Source: Blepharisma stoltei ATCC 30299
Taxonomy: Eukaryota > Protista > Ciliophora
NCBI GenBank assembly: GCA_965603825.1
Contig: CBFDEM010000021.1
Span: forward strand, 496,001-560,000
Reading direction: 5' to 3'
Length of the DNA stretch: 64,000 bases
Part shown: one piece after another, positions 59,140 to 64,000 of the stretch
Numbering within the stretch: the first letter of the stretch is position 1
How the letters are laid out: each line of letters begins with the position of its first letter
Translations under genes and position numbers: made by a program
Notes under the pieces: generated by a model
The model's database searches: none
What the model was told of the DNA's origin: nothing
What the model saw: only the letters and a program-made list of their open reading frames with translations

Positions 59140-60153
59140 ATGTTCAAGCTACAAAATTCATTAAAGAAAACCAATAATTTCACAAGTAGCTCCTCAAAAA
59201 CAGAAGATTTTCAATATGATGTTGACATAAACCCTCCAGAGTTTTACGAAGACCAAACAATTGACTCTAGTTATTTTTCCTATAAGAAAAGTCTTACTGT
59301 AAATTTTCCCGAGCAACTAAAACAGCTTAGAAAATCTCAAATAACTGAAGAAATTGACGTGCTTTGTGTTAATTGCTATGAGTGTATCCCCCTAAGTCTA
59401 GTAGATACTCATTCCAAATATTGCATTTCTCCACAATGTGAAGATGAAGACACAGAATCTTCATATATAAATAACCGAATTAAGAAGATAATTGACTCCA
59501 TAGACTCAAAAATCGAAAAAAGTTCAAATGAAGATATCCTTGATCAGCTAAAAGAAGTTGCTGTTACTTCGCTAGACTCTTCTGCAAATCCTTATGCTTT
59601 ATTAAGCAAGCTTGATGGGATGATAAATTCTGTTTCTCTCCAAAAAGATGGGATTTCTAACACAATTATTGCAAAAAGACTATCAAATCTTATAGAACTT
59701 AAATCTCCATTTTATAATTCTAGGCTTAGTGAAGCAGAAAAGTATTTGAAGTATTATAAAGAAGAGCCGAATTTCCAAGAAAAAGAAGCAAATCGATGAA
59801 TGTATAGGTCAGAAATTTTGATGAAGCTGAAAGAAGACTCATTCCCCAGCAGGTTTTATGATATATCTAGCGATGTAGGGTCAGATGTAGAAGTGCTCAG
59901 CATATCTTTTTCGACTGGATATTCCGAGTTTTCTGATGTGGATAATTTTGAAGATGAAGAAAAGGTGAGGGAAAATATTTCAAGCGAGCAACTGAAAAAA
60001 CACTTTTATTCAATATGTCTTAAGAAGAAGCACCAGATTTCTAATAGCCATAAGGCTAACATGATTTCTGAATCAGAGCTATATATGAGATGCATAGATG
60101 AAAATATACCTGTCAGCAAGTGGGAAGAGTTTATTGTTGAGCAAATTGGATAA
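59140..60153 (+). CDS. Hypothetical protein with CxxC-x12-H-x3-C motif
   Basis: Two track ORFs joined at TGA 59797. Confidence 0.7.
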
Positions 60154-60231
60154 TTTATAGTATGATCAAAAGACAATATTAGAGAAATAATAGGATTAAT
60201 TTCGATTTTTTTCGATTTTAAATAAATTTAA

Positions 60232-62649
60232 ATGGCAGCTGAGACTATATTTCCTTCAACCACCGCTCAGTTAGATGCTGCTTTAAAAATAAGTTGTGAT
60301 TATATTTTAAAACAAATTCCAAGAGCAGAAATTGCAATTATTTTAGGCACAGGTTTATCTCATTTTCACTACAGACTAGACAATCTTCAGTCAATTGATT
60401 ATCAAGAAATTCCTTATCTTCCTACGCCAACTACTCCAAGTCATGAAGGTGTCTTATATTTTGGTCAAATTGACAATAAAAATATATATTGCTTTGCCGG
60501 AAGGCTTCATGGCTATGAAGGATTTGAGCATCATCAAATTTCTTATATTTCTCATTTGTGCGCATATTTAGGCTGCAATACTCTTCTCATCACAAATGCA
60601 TCAGGGTGCTCTATGCCAGGAGTTAAGCCAGGAGATATCGTTTTCCTTCAAGACTATATAAAGCATTACGGAGAAAATCCACTTGATACAGGCTTGAATT
60701 CTCAATTCTCTAAAACTTATGAAAATTATCCAATTGATACTTCGCTTATAGATTATGCACTAGAAATCGCAGAAAATTTGCCAACGGTAAAATGCTATAG
60801 AGGGAACTATTTTTGGGTTAGAGGCCCATCATTCGAGACGCCTTATGAAATTGAATGCTATACAAAATTAGGAGGAGATTTATATGGCATGAGTACAATT
60901 CCTGAGCTTTTAGTCGCACAAGCCTATGGGATGAGAGTGCTTGTAGCATGTGTTGTTTCTAATTTGGCTTGTGGATTAGTGCCTAACGAAACAATCACAA
61001 TAGAAATGATAAGAAAACAAATTGGGAATGTCCAAAATGAAATTGAAGGATACTTTGTGGAACTTATAGGAAATCTAACGAATTTCGAAGGGAAAATAAA
61101 CATTGAGCCAATAAATGAGATTTGCAATAAGGGATTGCATAACAAAAGAAAAGAAGTTAATGGAGAGCATATAATGAAAGGGATTGAATGGTTTAGACAG
61201 ATTGAAGAAGGTTTTCCACAAGCAAAATTAGTGCTAGCAATAAATAGTGGCCAAAAGCCTGAAATGAAGGACGTAAGGAAAGTTTATTATAAAGAAATCC
61301 CAAATTTCCCCTTGCAGTCCTTGGCGGGAAGAAAAGGGCAAGTTATATTTGGGACCATAAACCAGGAAAGGATAGTCTGCCTTTTAAATTGCGATTTTGA
61401 AGGCCTAGACATCTATGAGTCCTATTATTTTGCTCAAGTTTTAATTGGGCTTGGTGTTAATCATCTCCATTATATTTTCCCTACTATAAATCAAATTTCT
61501 TCATTAGAAGGAATCAACGACTATATAAGTTTTCAATTGCAAGGCTGTGCAGAAAAGCCTTCAGATGATGCAGAATCTATAAAAAGCTTAGGAATTAAAA
61601 ACGCAATTTCATTCGCTGGCCCATCTTTGCCAACCCAGGCTGAGCATCTTCTTGCAGATAAATTAAAATGCTCTTTTATAACGATTTCCAACTTCGCTAT
61701 CCTAAGTGAAGTGGGTAATCGAGGCCTATCCCACTCTGCTAGTTGCTTTTATAGTGATTTTCAAGCTGATTCTTTATCATCCCGCGAAATCACAAGTTAT
61801 ATCACTTCTCATAATTTCTTTAGTCAATTTTATAGTCAAGCTACCATATCATTCCCTTTTTTCTATGCAAACTCAGATCTCGAACAACTAGAAGCACCAG
61901 AAGACTCAAAAGATCTTGAAGACTTAACTGTCGAAATTAAAGCTGTCTTTGATCCTCAAAAAGCAGTAATTGTGTCAGATTCAATTGGCGAACTTCTGCT
62001 AAGGCATTTTGAAATAAGAAGGTCTTTTGCATTTGGCTCATTTTTCCCTCAAACTTTTCATTTTACTGCAGAGGGGATTATGATAATTAAAGGATCTCCT
62101 ATTTTGAGGCATAAGGATAATCATCACCGTATGATGTATCCTACATTTATGGTAAATAGATTGGGTATTGATAATATAATTATTATTGAAGAAGTATCTA
62201 CTTGTTCTGAAGATGTCCCAATTGGTACATGGGCAAAAATTAATCAGCAATGCCAATTAGTAAGTTTCAACCCATTATTTGGACCAAATGTATCAAATTG
62301 AGGGATCAAGTTTCCTGACATGAGCGATATTTTTACTCATGATCAGAGATGAAGAGAAGTTTTCCAACAGCACAGGGTTAGTTGCAAAGAAACCAAACTG
62401 ATTTTTACTAGTACTGAAAGAGCTATTACAGGAAAGGCATTAAGTGAAGCTGCAAAAGATTTAGGAGCTGAAGTAATCGGGAAAAGTGGACCATTTTCTG
62501 TTCAAGTCTCACAGCATAGGCTATCTTACCACTCATCTAAGAAAATTTTATACTTGTGCTATGCTGAGCATGATCCTATTTCAGGGATAAAAGTAGGCAG
62601 CCCACCAGTCGAGCATCAACTAGCCATTAAAGAATTAATTCTATTATAA
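60232..62649 (+). CDS. Purine nucleoside phosphorylase with two additional degenerate PNP-like repeats (805 aa)
   Basis: N-terminal ILGTGL, GRLHGYEG, TNASG, GPSFET, GMSTIPE and SN; open through TGAs to TAA 62647-62649. Confidence 0.85.
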
Positions 62650-62661
62650 GGTTAATTATAG

Positions 62662-63733
62662 TTATCTTAAAGATACGGGCAATGACTCATAGTTAATACT
62701 ATTGCTTTCTGGCGACTTGGAGATTGATATTATCGAAGTGCAGGATTTTTTATGCATGCAGGTCTTTTCTAATTCATTGTAAGTCATTGTTGATTGAATA
62801 TAAGAAGGTAAGGGGGACAAAGGATTTTTTTCTCTTGGTAAGTCATTTTTAAAGTCATGAGAAATTACTTTTTTCTCAATCAAATCATATTTCACGTTAC
62901 AATTTGTTCTAATATCCAAAGTTTCATCAAATAAATCTTCTCTATCAGACATTCTATGAAAATCAATTTTTCTAGTAATTTTAGGCAATATTTTTTCTTT
63001 GTTCGGACTGTACTCAGGCAAATATTTTGGAATCCTAAACATCTTATCAAGATTTCTTTCAGAATATTTATTTAAGTCAGGAAATGACTGGCGTCTGAAT
63101 GGAAATTACTTATATTTGCTATTGAATGCAGGCGATAAGTTGCTGACAGTAAATCTTGCCTCATGTCCATTAACTACATCATAAAACGGCTTTCGAGCAG
63201 ATTGTTTACTGAAAGGCACCCCTGGATATTTTGATTTTTTATCTTCTTCCTCTTTTATTTCTTCTGTTTCTAAAATAGGGGAAGAAGATGAAAAGAATTT
63301 GTGATCTCTTTTGATAGGAGGAATTGTAAATGAAAAAGGAGTTTTTGTTACAAGACTATAGCTCGGTTCATAGCAGCCTGTAGCTGGGGTTTCATCTTTG
63401 CTGCCCTAATTTAAGTTTTACTTCGAAAATAGAATAATGCACCCTTTCTGGACTTTTAAAGGCTGCAGAAGGACTTTTCTTATGCTTTTTGTGGGTTCCT
63501 TGATTTGATGATTCCTAAGTGGAAGTTACTTTGAGTAGCTTTTCAAGCTCTTCAGCTACTATTTTTTTGGTATTGACAAAAGATAATGATGGGGCAGAAG
63601 AGGATTTAGACATATGTCTGTATTTTGGTTGGGGTTTATTTGATAATATTGCATCTCTTTCTTGAAGAATTTTGAATTTTTCTAGGCTGTGTTTGCCTGC
63701 TCGCGAAAATAGCTCATGATTTCCTCCTGACAT
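62662..63733 (-). CDS. Hypothetical protein with three tiny introns
   Basis: Open after removing 63515-63529 (15 nt), 63406-63421 (16 nt) and 63095-63109 (15 nt); contains a PATGCYEP PG-like motif. Confidence 0.7.
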
Positions 63734-64000
63734 TGTCAAAGATTGCTTCCAAATTATTGTAAAATAAAAATATAAACTTTAAAATCCTTAAAGAAATACT
63801 TTTAGGCAATTGATAATACTTTAAATTGGGAAAAATATTCTATTCTCTAACAAATTTTAAATTCTAATTAAAATTATTATCTAAAGTTTAAATTAAACGG
63901 CTTAATAATCAATAATTCGAAAATAAAATGTATAAGTGAGCTGTAACATTGATAAATAATGGAATTACTAATTTCAATCATAATAATCAATAATAAACTA

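Noticed and set aside
1-64000. Apparent operons, split genes or pseudogenes in the ORF track
   Set aside because: They are artefacts of treating UGA as stop and ignoring 15-16 nt introns; the fragments share one frame.
1-64000. tRNA/rRNA genes and selenocysteine use of UGA
   Set aside because: No tRNA or rRNA signatures were recognised by eye; the UGA codons I could align fall at Trp positions, not catalytic Cys positions.

Overview
Gene-dense, AT-rich eukaryotic nuclear DNA, not prokaryotic. UGA is read as Trp while UAA/UAG are stops, and introns are 15-16 nt (GT...A-----AG); together these point to a heterotrich ciliate, most consistent with Blepharisma (inference). The supplied ORF track is fragmented at UGA, so I re-joined genes by hand into about 33 CDS. 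They include a P4-ATPase-guanylyl cyclase fusion, importin-beta, a YTH protein, a cyclin, BRO1/ALIX, copine, a WDR27-like protein, ERH (absent from the track), prolidase, GDPD, a mitochondrial carrier, a triplicated PNP, two O-methyltransferases and a modular EF-hand gene cluster. The main finding is a 2.67-kb insertion (33763-36428) with a perfect 15-bp target-site duplication. It splits a Zn-finger/Kelch gene, and its precise removal restores that gene's frame. It looks like an internally deleted non-LTR retrotransposon with no endonuclease or RT. Its repetitive core is open on both strands: Gln/Pro/Ser-rich on the element strand and a 594-aa metallothionein-like CxxC ORF antisense. A bacterial-type dprA gene lies about 0.5 kb downstream of the disrupted gene, and two decayed retroelement-like remnants are nearby. 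All family assignments come from motif recognition by eye; no searches were run.
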